A stretch of 64,000 nucleotides of DNA from Octopus sinensis (GCF_006345805.1 NC_043003.1:26350001-26414000), one strand, 5' to 3'; counted from the first letter of the stretch, positions 25,045 through 39,466 are shown. Numbers and translations are program-made. Notes: generated by a model from the letters alone, not told the origin.

Positions 25045-25740
25045 TATTGAGGTGGCGAGCTGGAAGAAATGTTAGCACACTAGGCAAAATGCCTGTCTTT
25101 ATGTTCTGAGTTCAAATTCCACCACCTTTCACACTTGCTTCAGTCATTGGATTACAGCCATACTGGGGTACCACAAATCAACCCCAGTACTTAATATTAT
25201 GTCTGGTACTTATTATGTTGGTGTTTTTTATTGAACAACTATTTAATGGTTACTGAGCACCAGATATACTACAGAAATAAAACAATAGAATTAGGGCCAG
25301 CATCACATGTTGTGATGCAACAAAGCATTTAATAACATCATGTTATTGAGCCGAGAGAGAGCTAAAAAATCAATACTGACCTTGGCAGGAATTGAACTCA
25401 GAATGTCAGAACAAATCCTGTAAGGCAGAGACTCTATCTGATGATCAAAAGACTCTGCCAGTTTGCCACCTTATTCTGGCCACACATTTAGTTAAATAAC
25501 ACACATCAACATTAAATTGCTCAATAAGGAAGTGAGCTGGCCAAAGATTAGCATGCCACGCCAAATTTTTATTGGCATTTTGTTAGTTTTTATGTTCTGA
25601 GTTTAAATTCCACCAGGGTTGACTTTGCCTTTTATCCTCTTGGGGCCGTTAAAATAAGTACCAGTTGATATAATCAATATACTATCCTTCCTCGAAATTG
25701 CTGGCCTTGTGCCAAAATTTGAAGCCAACATTAAATTTCT
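25045..25740. mobile_element. Cluster of degraded SINE C and A fragments on both strands
   Basis: gaggtggcgagctgg head at about 25050; antisense gaattgaactcagaa and gttgactttgcctttt motifs. Confidence 0.6.
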
Positions 25741-25853
25741 CAACTGACTATCTAGTTGCTTGTTGAACCAAACATGTATAAATCTAAGGGATGTAGCCAT
25801 AACAGTCCCATGCAGACAACATTTTAGTTTCACAGTCATCATGTGTGTAATTT

Positions 25854-25900
25854 TAACCAATCAGAAATTTTATACCATCAAAAATGTTATCCAATCAGAA
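25854..25900 (+). promoter_or_regulatory. Tandem CCAAT (NF-Y-type) boxes, 34 bp apart
   Basis: aaccaatcagaaa (CCAAT at 25857) and atccaatcagaaa (CCAAT at 25891). Motif match only. Confidence 0.3.
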
Positions 25901-26278
25901 ACTCATAGTTCGTTGGAGAGTAGGGTGGGGAAGTGATAGTTTCAGCTAAGCAAGTGAAACTTTGTTCCAGTTCACTGGTTTTCTCTTAAGTTATTCATTT
26001 AATACCATATTAGTCAAATAGTTGTTCAGTCTTCTTCTTCTTCTCTCACTTGCAGCTATGGTAAGCTACACTCCCTCCCATCCCTCCTCTTTCTTCCCTT
26101 AGCTAGACATTAGCCTTGGCCTAACCTCGACAGGATACCTTTAACAATTCTAAATAAATGCACATTTAGCTGACGCTTCTCTTGGCTGATGGCCTTTTAT
26201 CAGCTTCCAGATATTCTCCAATTACAGTGACACGCAACATTTTCCACACACAGTAACAAACTGACTTTGTAAAGCACA

Positions 26279-26309
<31 letters not shown>

Positions 26310-26717
26310 GTACATTTTCCATAAAACATTTTTACAATATAAATCTCTTTAACTTATCGATGTATATTTTCACAAACACAATTATGTAAACTTTACCTTG
26401 ATTGATGTTGTAAAACAAGAACTGATGCTTTTCACTGTAGTCATTTCAGTGTCATATTCTATGTTTGAAGTCTGTTTTACTTAACCTACATTTACAAAAC
26501 CCATACTCTATAATTATTATTGCATAATTTTACAAACAAGATCTGTTGACATCTATTTTTGTTGGTATTTAGGAAACAAGGAATAAAAATTATAGGCAAC
26601 CGATTTTTCCTGTTATATGCATAATCATTTAATTTCCTAAATACCCTAATTACAGTGAGTATGTATGAAAGATAGAGAATTATAGAGAGATAGAGAAAGA
26701 GAAAGAGAGTTTATATA

Positions 26718-27110
26718 CATCATCATTGTTTCAATATCTATGTTTCCATGCTTGCATGGGTCAGAAAGAATTCATTGAAGCAGATTTCTTTTATGGCCGA
26801 ATGCTCTTCCTGTCACCTACCTTCACCTGTTTCCAAGAAGGGTAATATTTTTCTTAGTACTTCAAACATGAACAGTACAATGGTCAAAATAAACAACATT
26901 GCTTTATGGCAATCACTGTTTACAATTTGTGTGCAATGACAAGGCAAGGAAACACACACACACACACATTCATGCATACAAGATTTCTCTCGGTTTTCAT
27001 CTATTAACTCCACTCACAAGGCTTTAATCAGCTCATAGTTGTAGAGGAAGATGCATACCCAAGTTGCCACATGGTTACAATGTCAATTTCCTAAATACAC
27101 AACCATGCTT
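26718..27110 (-). mobile_element. SINE A2 (A head with RTE-type tail)
   Basis: (cat)n plus RTE-type tail at left, degraded antisense A head at right. Confidence 0.65.
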
Positions 27111-27114
27111 GCAC

Positions 27115-27144
<30 letters not shown>

Positions 27145-27148
<4 letters not shown>

Positions 27149-27535
27149 ATCAATATTGTTTATATTGTATTATTGTGTATATATATATATGTAAGAATAT
27201 GAGTGTGTATGCACACATATTTATATTTATATGTAAATTTTTTTCATACTTGCATTAAATTCTCTGAAGAGGCCGTGAGATATTCTTGTTAATGTCTCAT
27301 TTATACCTGCTTTATATGGCTAATAGGTTAAATGGGACATACCTGTCTTCACGGCCGAAACAGCTGTCAGCTACAATGTAAATGTATTTCTATTTCTATG
27401 TCTTGTTATATTTGTACTATATTAATGTATAATATCATTGCTATTGTGTAATGGTTTAATAAAGTATTGATTGGGTATTATCTGATGGTTGATGATTGAT
27501 TTAGATATATTTCTCCATTTTCTCATTTTGTATTA
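27145..27535 (+). mobile_element. Penelope-like element pseudo-LTR fragment
   Basis: AT-rich segment bounded by (TA)n on both sides and carrying a minimal type I hammerhead, the known hallmark of PLE pLTRs. PLE identity is inferred from the ribozyme. Confidence 0.6.
27251..27380 (+). ncRNA. Type I hammerhead ribozyme
   Basis: CTGAAGA 27264-27270; stem II ggccgtga (27271-27278) / tcacggcc (27349-27356); GAAA 27357-27360; C-AGCT-G stem III with palindromic loop; UC cleavage site 27367-27368; bulged stem I. Confidence 0.8.
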
Positions 27536-27538
27536 TAT

Positions 27539-27589
<51 letters not shown>

Positions 27590-27599
27590 TATATATATC

Positions 27600-27935
27600 T
27601 GAGACTTTCTTCGGTCACGACACAGATCATGGGATTGCACCTAGAAAGTTACCCTCCCAGGCACAAGTTCGGGCAAGGTTGTTTATGGAAGACCAGCAGT
27701 CACCCATGCATACAAGCCTCCCCTCTCCATGCCACCAATGTTATCCAAGGGAAAGGCAAAGGCCGATACAGCTTGGCACCTGTGACGTCGCAACTCATTT
27801 CTACAGCCGAGTGAACTAGAGCAATGTGAAATAAAGGGTCTTGCTCAAGAACACAACACACAGCTTGGTCCAGGATTCGAGCTCACAGCCTCACAATCGT
27901 AAGCTCGACGCTCTAACCACTGAGCCATGCGCCAT
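27600..27935 (-). mobile_element. SINE D (body D1), near full length
   Basis: Head ggcgcatggctcagtggttagagcgtcgagc; body homologous to 21584-21905. Confidence 0.9.
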
Positions 27936-30094
27936 CATATATATATATATATATCAGAATAGGCTATAACAGATGAATAAAGCAAAATGTACTCTTACAT
28001 ACTCTATGCTTCTATGCTGATAATTATGCATAACTATAATTGCAATCATTGTTGTAATATTATGTAAGAGTTGCTAAAATATCAAAATATCACTGATATT
28101 AGTGTGTGTGTGTATTGTTTATAAAATTACTCATGTATGTAGAGTGATTCCATCTCCACATTTGAGTCCATTAACCAGGTGAAAGATTTAGCAACAGGAA
28201 TTTAAGTTAAAAGATAGCGAGCAACTAACAGAAGAAAAGATCAATAATTCTGTTTCTATATGGAAGATTGTGATGATTACCAATATTTTATCATTGCCTG
28301 GAACTGGATTATGTAATATTTTTGCTCGTTATATCCATTACAGTTAGAAATATACTAGATCACCACCTTCAATGTATTTTGCTCTTAGTATTCCTTAGGT
28401 AGCTAATTGTATTGAATACAACATCCCATGTTTAGCACATAATAATGAATATATATGTATAAATCATTAACCAGTATACACTGTAAGCATTGCATTCAAC
28501 AAACAGTAAAATACCATAAACATTATATATCAATAAACAGAATATACTATAAATAGAAATGGAAAATGCCTAAGGAACTTGTAGATTGTGCAACAATTAA
28601 TGTTAGTCCCCCATGCACACTAATTTAATTACTCTTTCACATATAGGAATAACTACCAATTCTTTTAAAAGTGGCTTTACCCAACACAAACACTCATTTC
28701 ATAACCCAAGGAGGAGGAGGCGGGAGATCTATCTATGCTAATTGTTTTAGTAATTTGGTTGAAAAATGTAGATAGGGAATAAAAAGATTCTATAAATACT
28801 AATTTATTGTAGGTAAACAAGGATTGTATTTGAGTTTGGGTATATTATTTATGCCTATATTTGAAACCCTAAAAGTCATTTAAATTTGAAACTTAATGGG
28901 ATTTAATATTGGAAGGAGGTGGTCATAGGTAGTTATGGTGGGAAGGGCACATCAAAAAGGGATATATGTGTGGAAAAAAATAGGTAGCTATGATGAGAAG
29001 GGAATGTGTGTATGTGTGTGTGTATGTGTGTGCCAGTTATTACTTACATGTGTGTGTATATGTGGGTGGAAAGGGGTCCGTAGAATTCTTAGCATGGCGA
29101 TTTGTCAATGTACATATGGGTAGTCGAAATTTGCAAGTTTTAAACCTTAAATAGAAGGAATGCACAAAATAAGCAAAACAGAAGAAATTGAATGTTAAAG
29201 ACTTAAAGGTCTTAAATACTATATCTCCAACAGATCAGCCAAAATATATCTAATTATTTATTACTGCATTAACATAAATTTAAGTTCATTACAAGGTAAA
29301 TACCAAGCTAAGAAACTTGCAGATTGACCAATAGTTAATACTACTCTTCTGATTTATTTTCCTTTCATAAATAGATATTAACTATCAATTCTTTAGAAAT
29401 TGTTTGACCCAACACAAACACTCTTTTTCAAACACAAATAAGAAAATCACTGCCTCTTTATCCACATTTATATGGCCTTAAAATCTTCTAGGAACCCCAA
29501 CAATATATTTTGGAAAACCTTATCACATGCTAAACAATACCAATAAATTTTTTTTAATTGCTGTCTTTGTACCACAGAATCCTTTGAAAACATATTTTCC
29601 AAACAAAAATACTAAATCTTTTAAAATCTGATATTTTTCTGCCAGCATCTGGCATAATAGAACAGTAAAATATTATAAACCCACTGATGTCACTATCAGG
29701 TATACTTATATTATGTATAATGTTCTTCAAATATATTTAAATTTATATGATTACAATATTTGAAAACATTTTCTGTAGCATGTAAAAAAAACCCAGTACC
29801 ATTAGGTGATTGTGAAGAGATAATATATCTATGCTTTTCCATGTTAATCTTTATTTCTACTAGTGTAACTAGCATACTCATTTAAAAAGTTAAACATTCA
29901 GGAGAAATTTTTCAACTCAAAAGCAGTTTAGTAATGTTTTATACGCAAATGAATACACACACACACACACATGCGCGCACACACATACACATGCGCGCAC
30001 ACACATACACACACACACATACATACACAAGCATACACACACACACACACATGCACACACACACACATTCATTTAATAATGCAATTGGAAATGG

Positions 30095-30235
30095 GTTTAA
30101 AGGTATTCAGCTGTAGAAACCATGCCAAAAAGATCATAGAGCTTGGCACAGCCTTCTGGCTTGCCAGCTCTTGTCAAACTGTCCAACCCATGCCAGCATG
30201 GAAAACATGGAAAATGATGATGATGATGATGACGC
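30095..30235 (+). mobile_element. RTE 3' tail fragment
   Basis: cagctgtagaaaccatgcc...cccatgccagcatggaaaa..(gat)n. Confidence 0.8.
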
Positions 30236-30509
30236 CGATGATGATACCTGATTCACTTACAAACTTACTGAATCATTAGCCAAAATTTTAATGCAACTAA
30301 CTGCCCAGAAAGATATCATCATTTAATTGTATGTAATTGTCATTGTCTCTAGTGATATCTGACAAAATATTTATGCTGCCACACTGGGGATATACTTACA
30401 TATCTGTTTTGGTTATTAGTAAGGCTTTCTTCACCTTTTTTGCAAATATGTACTGTTGTGTTTTTTGTATGTATTTTCTCCATGTACAAATATGTTATAT
30501 ATTCAAGTA

Positions 30510-30882
30510 CGTCAACATCAACATCAAAATAAAAAACAAATGGAAATTGTAGTTGTGATACCCATGCTGGTGGCACGTAAAAAGCACCATCTGAACATGG
30601 CTGATGCCAGTGCCACCTGACTGGCATCTGTGTTGGTAACATGTAAAAAGCATCAACTGATCGTGGCCGTTTGCCAGCCTCCTCTGGCCCCTGTGCCGGT
30701 GGCATGTAAAAAGCACTCACTACACTCACGGAATGGTTGGCATTAGGAAGGGCATCAAGCTGTAGATACACTGTCAGATCAGACTGGAGCCTGGTGCAGC
30801 CTCCTGGCTTCCCAGACCCCGGTTGAACCGTCCAACCCATGCTAGCATGGAAAACAGACGTTAAACGATGATGATGATGATA
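30510..30882 (+). mobile_element. Family B RTE 3'-UTR repeat
   Basis: Three tggcacgtaaaaagcac-type units and a (gat)n tail. Confidence 0.9.
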
Positions 30883-31702
30883 TACATGGAAAATCATGAC
30901 ATATATGACGATGTATTTATGTAAGTTTATACATGAGTGTAGTCCCTACAATGTTTTAGTGTGACTTCTATAATGATAAATGTGAAATTCTACCTTTCCA
31001 GGGTTCCTGTATCTCAGACTACATTTGTTCTATGTAGACATATAACCTTTTTGGAATCATGATGATTCTGGAATTGAAAGTCTGCACTTCATTTGGTTCT
31101 TGAACATCCAACATTGGGATCTGATTCAAAAGCATTTGGATTGCTATTTCTAGCAGGTAAAGCTTGGCTGATTCATGCCATCTTGGTTGGCATTTGTCAA
31201 ATGATATCAGAAATCAAGAGAGAGATAAATGACACTTGCTTCTTTAATTTTACATTGAGATAAGAACTTTGGGACAAATTGGCCAACAGTTGGAATTCAA
31301 CTTGGGACTGGAACAATAGAACGATCGCATTACAGAATTAATTCTCATCCATCCTTAACCACTGATCAAACTCCACCAGGACATATAGTCATTATATATT
31401 ACTGTCATGCTATTTAGCTCTCTTTAGTTTTAGGCTGAAGTTCCAATTAGCCCTCCACAGGAGCTTGCTTAAATGTCTGCACAGAGTGTGGCTTTTAAGC
31501 TAGTAGCTATATGTAAGTCAAATTTGTACATTACTAGCTATAAAATATATTATTTAACTAGAATTATATCTTAGGTTTTAGATATAAATATTTAATTGTG
31601 ATTATTATCTTAAATCAAGTTTATTATCTTAAATCAAGTTTAAGAAAAACAACAGAACAGTTACTGATTGGCAGATGTAATACTGAGAGTGGAGTCAGAT
31701 TT

Positions 31703-32108
31703 ATTGCTCTTTTACTCTTTTACTTGTTTCAGTCATTTGACTGTGACCATGCTGGAGCACCGCCTTTAGTCGAGCAAGTCGACCCCAGGACTTATTCTTT
31801 GTAAGCCTAGTACTTATTCTATCGATCTCTTTTGCCAAACCGCTAAGTTACGGGGACGTAAACACACCAGCATCAGTTGTCAAGTGATGTTGGGGGGGAA
31901 AAACACAGACACACAAACACATACACACACATACATATATACCTATATATACATATATACGACAGGCTTCTTTCAGTTTCCGTCTACCAAATCCACTCAC
32001 AAGGCTTTGGTCAGCCCGAGGCTATAGTAGAATACACTTGCCCAAGGTGCCACGTAGTGGGACTGAACCCAGAACCATGTGGTTTGTAAGCAAGCTACTT
32101 ACCACATG
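31703..32108 (-). mobile_element. SINE A, full length
   Basis: Complete antisense copy. Confidence 0.9.
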
Positions 32109-32234
32109 ACAGAAACTTTTAAGTTTTGCCGAACAACTTATCTAGTCAGGCATGATTATATGCATATATGATTCAACATGTTACACATTTGTATCATATC
32201 TGTTTACATATGGAGGTATCTATATATAATATAT

Positions 32235-32560
32235 ACTATCATCATCTTTAGTGTCCATCTTCCATTCTGGCAAGGGTTGAATGGTTTAACAGGATCCAAT
32301 GGATCAGAGGCCTGCGTTGCGCTCCAGTATCTGCTAAGGCAAGGTTCCTGCAACTAGATAACCTTCTTAATGCCAACCACTTTACTGAGCACTGGGTGTG
32401 TTTTCCATGACTCCAGCACTAGTAAGGTTGCTATAAATTTTGCAAGACTTAGTTCCCTTTTGGTTGAGTGGGGCTACTGGAAACAGAGAGACAGATTCAT
32501 GCAAGGCGATGAGAAGTTAAAATATGGGAAGAGGAGGTTAGGGCAGCTTTCTTACAGTAG
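32235..32560 (-). mobile_element. Older RTE-tailed repeat variant
   Basis: (cat)n, ttccattctggcaagggttg and ttcttaatgccaaccacttt. Related to 53205-53465. Confidence 0.55.
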
Positions 32561-32685
32561 AGGAGTTACATAATTACTTGCATCTTGAAAGAGTGGGTTG
32601 GGGTAATGGAGATGGAGCTGCAAAGAGAGATAAAGACAGTGGTGACAAGGTGTTAGGTATTTTCAGAGAGAGAGAGAGAGAGGGA

Positions 32686-32756
<71 letters not shown>

Positions 32757-33249
32757 CTGGTATGTATTTGATTGAAAACAGAATTTTCATGAACTGAAGG
32801 GAAAAATTTTTATCATAATTTATTTTTTTTGCCAACAACTTGTAGATGCAAGTGCTACCAGTTGAAAGTTCTGCATGCTGGATGCTAGCAAGCTTAAGGA
32901 GTCATCAAGAGAGAATGTTATGTGTGTGTGTGTGTGTATGGGTTATTGTGCATGTGTATATGAGATTTTGAGATATTTTTCTCTTCCCATTATCGTCTCC
33001 TTTTTAATTTTACTCAATAACTCCTCCTTCCTGTCATTTGCTTTTCTTTCTCCCTCTGTCTTCCTTTCATTGTTTCCTCACTTTTTCTCTCATGTCTACT
33101 CCTGTCAATCTCCACTCCAACTTACCTAGCACAACTACACCTTTCACTCTCTCCATCCTGTTTGAAGTTACTTCTCTTTCTTCTGAACCCCTTCCCCCTA
33201 CTATTACTTGTTAATAGGACAAAATAGAAATTAATATATATATATTCTA

Positions 33250-33444
33250 TCATTCACCACGATAGATCGTTAGCCACTACACATTCTATATTTTTTCTCT
33301 TTATTTCCTCTCCTTGTTTCTTTTTGTGTTCCCTTCTGTGGAAGAGCGCAAGCTCAAAACGTTAAAGACTTTTTCACTTCCTGAGTGTTATACTAATACA
33401 TCTGTTGTCTACACCAACTGTCTTCAGCTTTTTTTGTGAATTCT

Positions 33445-33450
<6 letters not shown>
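33250..33450 (+). mobile_element. Short PLE-pLTR-like repeat with degenerate hammerhead
   Basis: ctgtggaa-gagc-gcaa-gctc-aaaacgtt-aaag. About 150 bp homologous to 33700-33852 in inverted orientation. Ends in (TA)n. Confidence 0.65.
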
Positions 33451-33491
<41 letters not shown>

Positions 33492-33492
<1 letters not shown>

Positions 33493-33653
33493 GCAGGAGT
33501 GGCTGTGTGGTAAGTAGCTTGCTTACCAACCACATGGTTCCAGGTTTAGTCTCATTGCATGGCATCTTGAGCATGTATCTTCTACTATAACTTTGGGCTG
33601 ACCAAAGCCTTGTGAGTGGATTTGGTAGATGTAAACTGAAAGAAGCCCATTGC

Positions 33654-33715
<62 letters not shown>

Positions 33716-34190
33716 TGAGAATTTACAAAAAATCAAAAGATGAAGACAGGTATGTAAACAACAAACAGATGTATTAGTTTAACACTTGGGAAGTGAGAAA
33801 GTCTTTTACGTTTCGAGCCTATGCTCTTCAACAGAAAGGAACACAGAAATATGTATGCATATGTGTGTATATGTTTGTGTGTCTGTGCTTGTCCCCCGAC
33901 ATGCTGGTGTGTTTACATCCCAGTAACTTGGCTGTTCAGCAAAAAGTGACTGATAGAATAACCCATTAAGTCCCAGAGTACCTAAATTTCTGAATATTAC
34001 TTTAAAATGTGTTATAGCTTATTTAATGTTCTCATTTAGTGTCCTATTTATAGGACAGTGAGACTTAATGGGATAAGTACTAGACATACAAAGAATAAGT
34101 AATGGGGCTGATTTGCTCAACTAAAGGCAGTGCTCCAGCATGGTCACAGTCAAATGACTGGAATAAGTGAAAGAATGAAAGAATAAAAGA
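33492..34190 (+). mobile_element. SINE A interrupted at its internal microsatellite
   Basis: Head and body 33492-33655; 3' half resumes at about 33855. Confidence 0.8.
33803..33838 (-). ncRNA. Minimal (dimer-type) hammerhead-like motif with variant core
   Basis: Minus strand cttt-CTGTTGA-A-GAGC-atag-GCTC-GAAA-C-G-T-A-aaag. Stem I cttt/aaag, 4-bp stem II, palindromic ACGT stem III. Conserved A6 is replaced by U. Confidence 0.55.
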
Positions 34191-34240
34191 ACATATATAT
34201 ATAACTATAAATACTCACTGAAGTTTATTATAGTATATAC

Positions 34241-34277
<37 letters not shown>

Positions 34278-34734
34278 ATTAATTTTGTAAGAAAATAGAA
34301 TGAGAATCCTATTGAAATAATAATGTAAATAGGGTGCATTAGGAAGCCCCCGCTCCTTATCCATGGTTAACATACATAATTACACAGCTCCAGATGAGTA
34401 CTTTCAACAATGCATTGTAACAATTCAAAGCATCAACAGTTAGTTTTAACAATTGTTCATATCACATGTTCTCCACACCGTGCATAAAGACAATTATGTT
34501 GTGTTTGCAATGGCTGTTGTTGTTGTTGTGAGGGTGGTGGTGGTGGTCATTGCTGTTATTGTTATTGTTGTTGGAATGGTGGTGGAGGTGGTGATGAGTG
34601 GGTGAGTGAATGAGTGTGTAAAAGTTACTTTTCTCAGTAATACTTAATGCTCTTAAGACCAAATGAATGTCATTTAAACATAGGGCAATGTTAAGTGGAG
34701 TAAAACACTAGTTATTTCTATGTGTTTCTGGACA

Positions 34735-35170
34735 TCATCATCATCATCGTTTAACGTCTGTTTTCCATGCTAGCATTGGTTGGATGGTTCGACTAGGGTC
34801 TGGGAAGCCAAGAGGCTGCACCAGGCTCCAGTCTGATCTGGCAGTGTTTCTACAGCTGGATACCCTTCCTAGCGCCAATCACTCTGTGAGTGTAGTGGGT
34901 GCTTTTTACATGCCACCAGCACAGGGGCCAGAGGAGGCTGGCATATGGCCACGATTGGTTGGTGCTTTTACGTATCACAGACACAGACGCCAGTCAGGCG
35001 GCGCTGGCATCTGCCACATTCGGACAGTGCTTTTTACGTGCCACCGGCACAGGTATCTTAACTATAACTTCCATTAGATTTTTATTTTGATGTTGGTGTT
35101 AACGTACTTGACTCAATAGGTCTCCACAAGAACATCAGGTCACACTATGATCCAAGGTTAGCACAGCAGG
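34735..35170 (-). mobile_element. Family B RTE 3'-UTR repeat
   Basis: (cat)n tail and three internal units. Confidence 0.9.
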
Positions 35171-35312
35171 CCACAGCATTCATATTTACAAAAGCTATGG
35201 GTACCATTACATTTTGAAGAATGTTAGTATGTTGCTTCATCTGATTGGAGATGTTTCACAAATGGAAGAATGGAAGATGATTAATTGCCCAATGATGTTC
35301 ATATATAGGTAC

Positions 35313-35850
35313 AAGCATGGCTGTGTGGTTTAGAAGCTCGTTTTGCAACCACATTGTTTTGGGTTCAATCCCACTGCATGGCACTTCGGACAAGTGTCTT
35401 CTACTGTGGACCTGTGTTGATCCATGTCTTGTGAGTCTATTTGGGAGATGGAAACTGTGTAGAATCCTGTGAAATATATCATCATCCTCATTATGTAATG
35501 TCCAAGTTCCATGCTGGCATTGGTTGGACTTTGACAGGATCTGAAGATCCAAGGACTGCAGCATGTCCCACTGTTGTATGTGTATGTATATGCATGTGTG
35601 CTTGTGTGTATGAATGTATGTGTGTGTACGTGTGTGTATGTGTATGCCTTTGTGTTTTCCCCCACACCACTTGACACTGGTGTTACTTTGTTTACATCCC
35701 CAAAACTTGGCAATTCAGCAAAAGACACCAATAGAAAAAGTAGCAGACTTCAAAATAAGTACTGGGGGTCAATTTGTTTGACTAAAACCCCCAAAGTGGT
35801 ACACCAGCATGGCTACAGTCCAATGACTGAAGCAAGTAAATGATAAAAGA
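35313..35850 (+). mobile_element. SINE A interrupted by an antisense RTE tail
   Basis: Head 35313-35480, (cat)n/ttccatgctggcat insert, 3' half about 35640-35850. Confidence 0.7.
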
Positions 35851-35989
35851 TATGCAAAGGAGGTATTTTTTTTTCACAAGCTAACAAAGAAAGATAAGCT
35901 CCACAACAAAGATATTCTTCTCACAGTTTCCTCACTTTCTCCCTTTTCTGCTACAACTTATAAGTACCTCTGTTTATATGAATTACCCA

Positions 35990-36405
35990 TTACTCTTTTA
36001 CTCTTTTACTTGTTTCAGTTATTTGACTGCAGCAATGCTGGAGCAGTGCCTTTTAGTCGACCAAATTGACCCCAGGACTTATTCCTTGTAAGCCTAGTAC
36101 TTATTCTATCGGTCTCTTTTGCCGAACTGCTAAGTTACGGGGATGTAAACACACCAGCATCGGTTGTCAAGTGATGTTGGGGGGACAAACACAGCCACAT
36201 AAACATATACACACAATACATATATATATATACATATATACAACAAGCTTCTTTCAGTTTCCGTCTACCAAATCCACTCACAAGGCTTTGGTTGGCCCAA
36301 GGTTATAGTAGAAGACACTTGCCCAAGGTGCCATGCAGTGGGGCTGAACCCAGAACCATGTGGTTGGTAAGCAAGCTACTTACTACACGGCCACTCCTGC
36401 GCCTA
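35990..36405 (-). mobile_element. SINE A, full length
   Basis: Antisense copy with (tactcttt)n tail. Confidence 0.9.
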
Positions 36406-36519
36406 TATCTCCTACACTCAGACCAACTCAATCCATCTCAATCACTCATTCACTGTTATTTTAAATTTACAAGCTCACAGGGACACAACTGGCACCCTGT
36501 TAGTTACAACAACAAGTGT

Positions 36520-36812
36520 TCCATTTAATTCAACCGATGGACCAGTCTGCTCATGATATTAATGTGCAAGTGGCTGAACATTCCACAGACATGTGTACCC
36601 TTAACATAGTTCTTGGGGAGATTCAGCATGACACAGAATGTGACAAGGTTGACCCTTTTAAATATAGGTACTTCTCATTTTTATTAACTGAGTGAACTGG
36701 AGCAATGTGAAATAAAGTGTCTTGCTCAAGGACACAATGTGCTATGGGAATTGAACTCAGGACCTTACATTCATGAACTGAATATTCTAACCACTAAGCT
36801 ACATGTCATCAC
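36520..36812 (-). mobile_element. SINE D (body D2)
   Basis: Antisense homolog of 8464-8780. Confidence 0.8.
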
Positions 36813-36864
36813 TATAGATATATAACTCATGTGCAGCAACTGTTTTAGCATTTTGGTCTTACAA

Positions 36865-37130
36865 TCATCATCATCATCGTTTAATGCCCATTTTCCATGC
36901 TGGCATGAGTTGGATGGTTTGATAGGAGCTGGTAAGGTCAGGGTCCACACCAGGAGCCATTGTCTGCTCTAGAATGGCTTCATAATGCCAACAACTTTAC
37001 AGAGTATACTGGGTGCTTTTTTAAGACACCAGCACCAGTATTTTTTACATAGCCCCAGTAGTTTTAATGGGCTCCAGTGCCAGTCCTCTTTAGGTGGCAC
37101 CAGCAACAGTGCTTTTTATGTGGTATCTTC
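36865..37130 (-). mobile_element. Degraded family-B-like RTE-tail repeat
   Basis: (cat)n cgtttaatgcccattttccatgctggcatg; ggtgctttt units. Confidence 0.7.
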
Positions 37131-37760
37131 TCTTGGATACTTGTTGAGGACTTTTTTTGTTACAGAGGTTCAACAGATAATTGTAAAATTTCACCTCTGG
37201 ATGAGATATTATCCAGTCCTTCTTAATGTACAATTTGTTATAAACAGCAACAAAAATATCTTTCCAAATCAGACCCTACTCTCTTAAAAAACAGAAAATG
37301 CAAACTGGATAATATATTAGAAAGTGATGGTCACAGCATGAATACTTCTGATCATAGCTCTATTTCATCAGATATGAGATAGAGTTAACTTTTAGGCCAG
37401 CATTGGCTAATCAATCTTTTAAAGGCAATGCTGTTTACTGCAATATAAATGTTTTTCACATCGATCAAGGGTGCATATTTATATAATGGGTTAGTAATAT
37501 ACTCCTTCTATCTATTTCAAACTATTTTCTGCTCTGTTTATAAATGTACAACTATACTAAGATTTTAATTTACCGCATCATTAGCTTCATCTGTAGAGAT
37601 GAAAAAAAATAACATTAATATTTACATAAACTCATTAATTATGAAATATCAAATGTTACAAGCCATCGAGAATATTGTTACATAATTAGTTGGCCCACAA
37701 GAAATAGCAACCAAATCTCATCCAAATCGTATGCTACCATCTTAAAAGAGAAAGGACATA

Positions 37761-39063
<1,303 letters not shown>

Positions 39064-39071
39064 TATATCAC

Positions 39072-39388
39072 AATATCACTGTGATCACCATGACCGACCA
39101 GGCTATCAGACGTTGCTACACATCGCTGGTCACAATGCACTTCGCATTGTTTTAGCCTTCAAATGACATCACCCCGTTGGCTAAGTGAGCAGGCCAACAG
39201 AAGAAAGAGTGAGAGAAAGTTGTGGTGAAAGAGTACAGCAGGGATCGCCACCACCCCCTGCCAGAGCCTCGTGGAGCTTTAGGTGTTTTCGCTCAATAAA
39301 CACTCACAATACCTGGTCTGGGAATCGAAACTGTGATCCTACAACTGTGAGTCTGCTGCCCTAACCACTGGGCCATTGCACCTCCACA
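39072..39388 (-). mobile_element. SINE D (D3-related), full length
   Basis: Head ggaggtgcaatggcccagtggttagggcagcagac...gtttcgattccc. Confidence 0.85.
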
Positions 39389-39466
39389 TACCACAATATA
39401 GTTATAGATAAAGAATCAGATGAAATGATCAAGGATGGAGGAATGTTTTTGACCATAAGTCATCTA

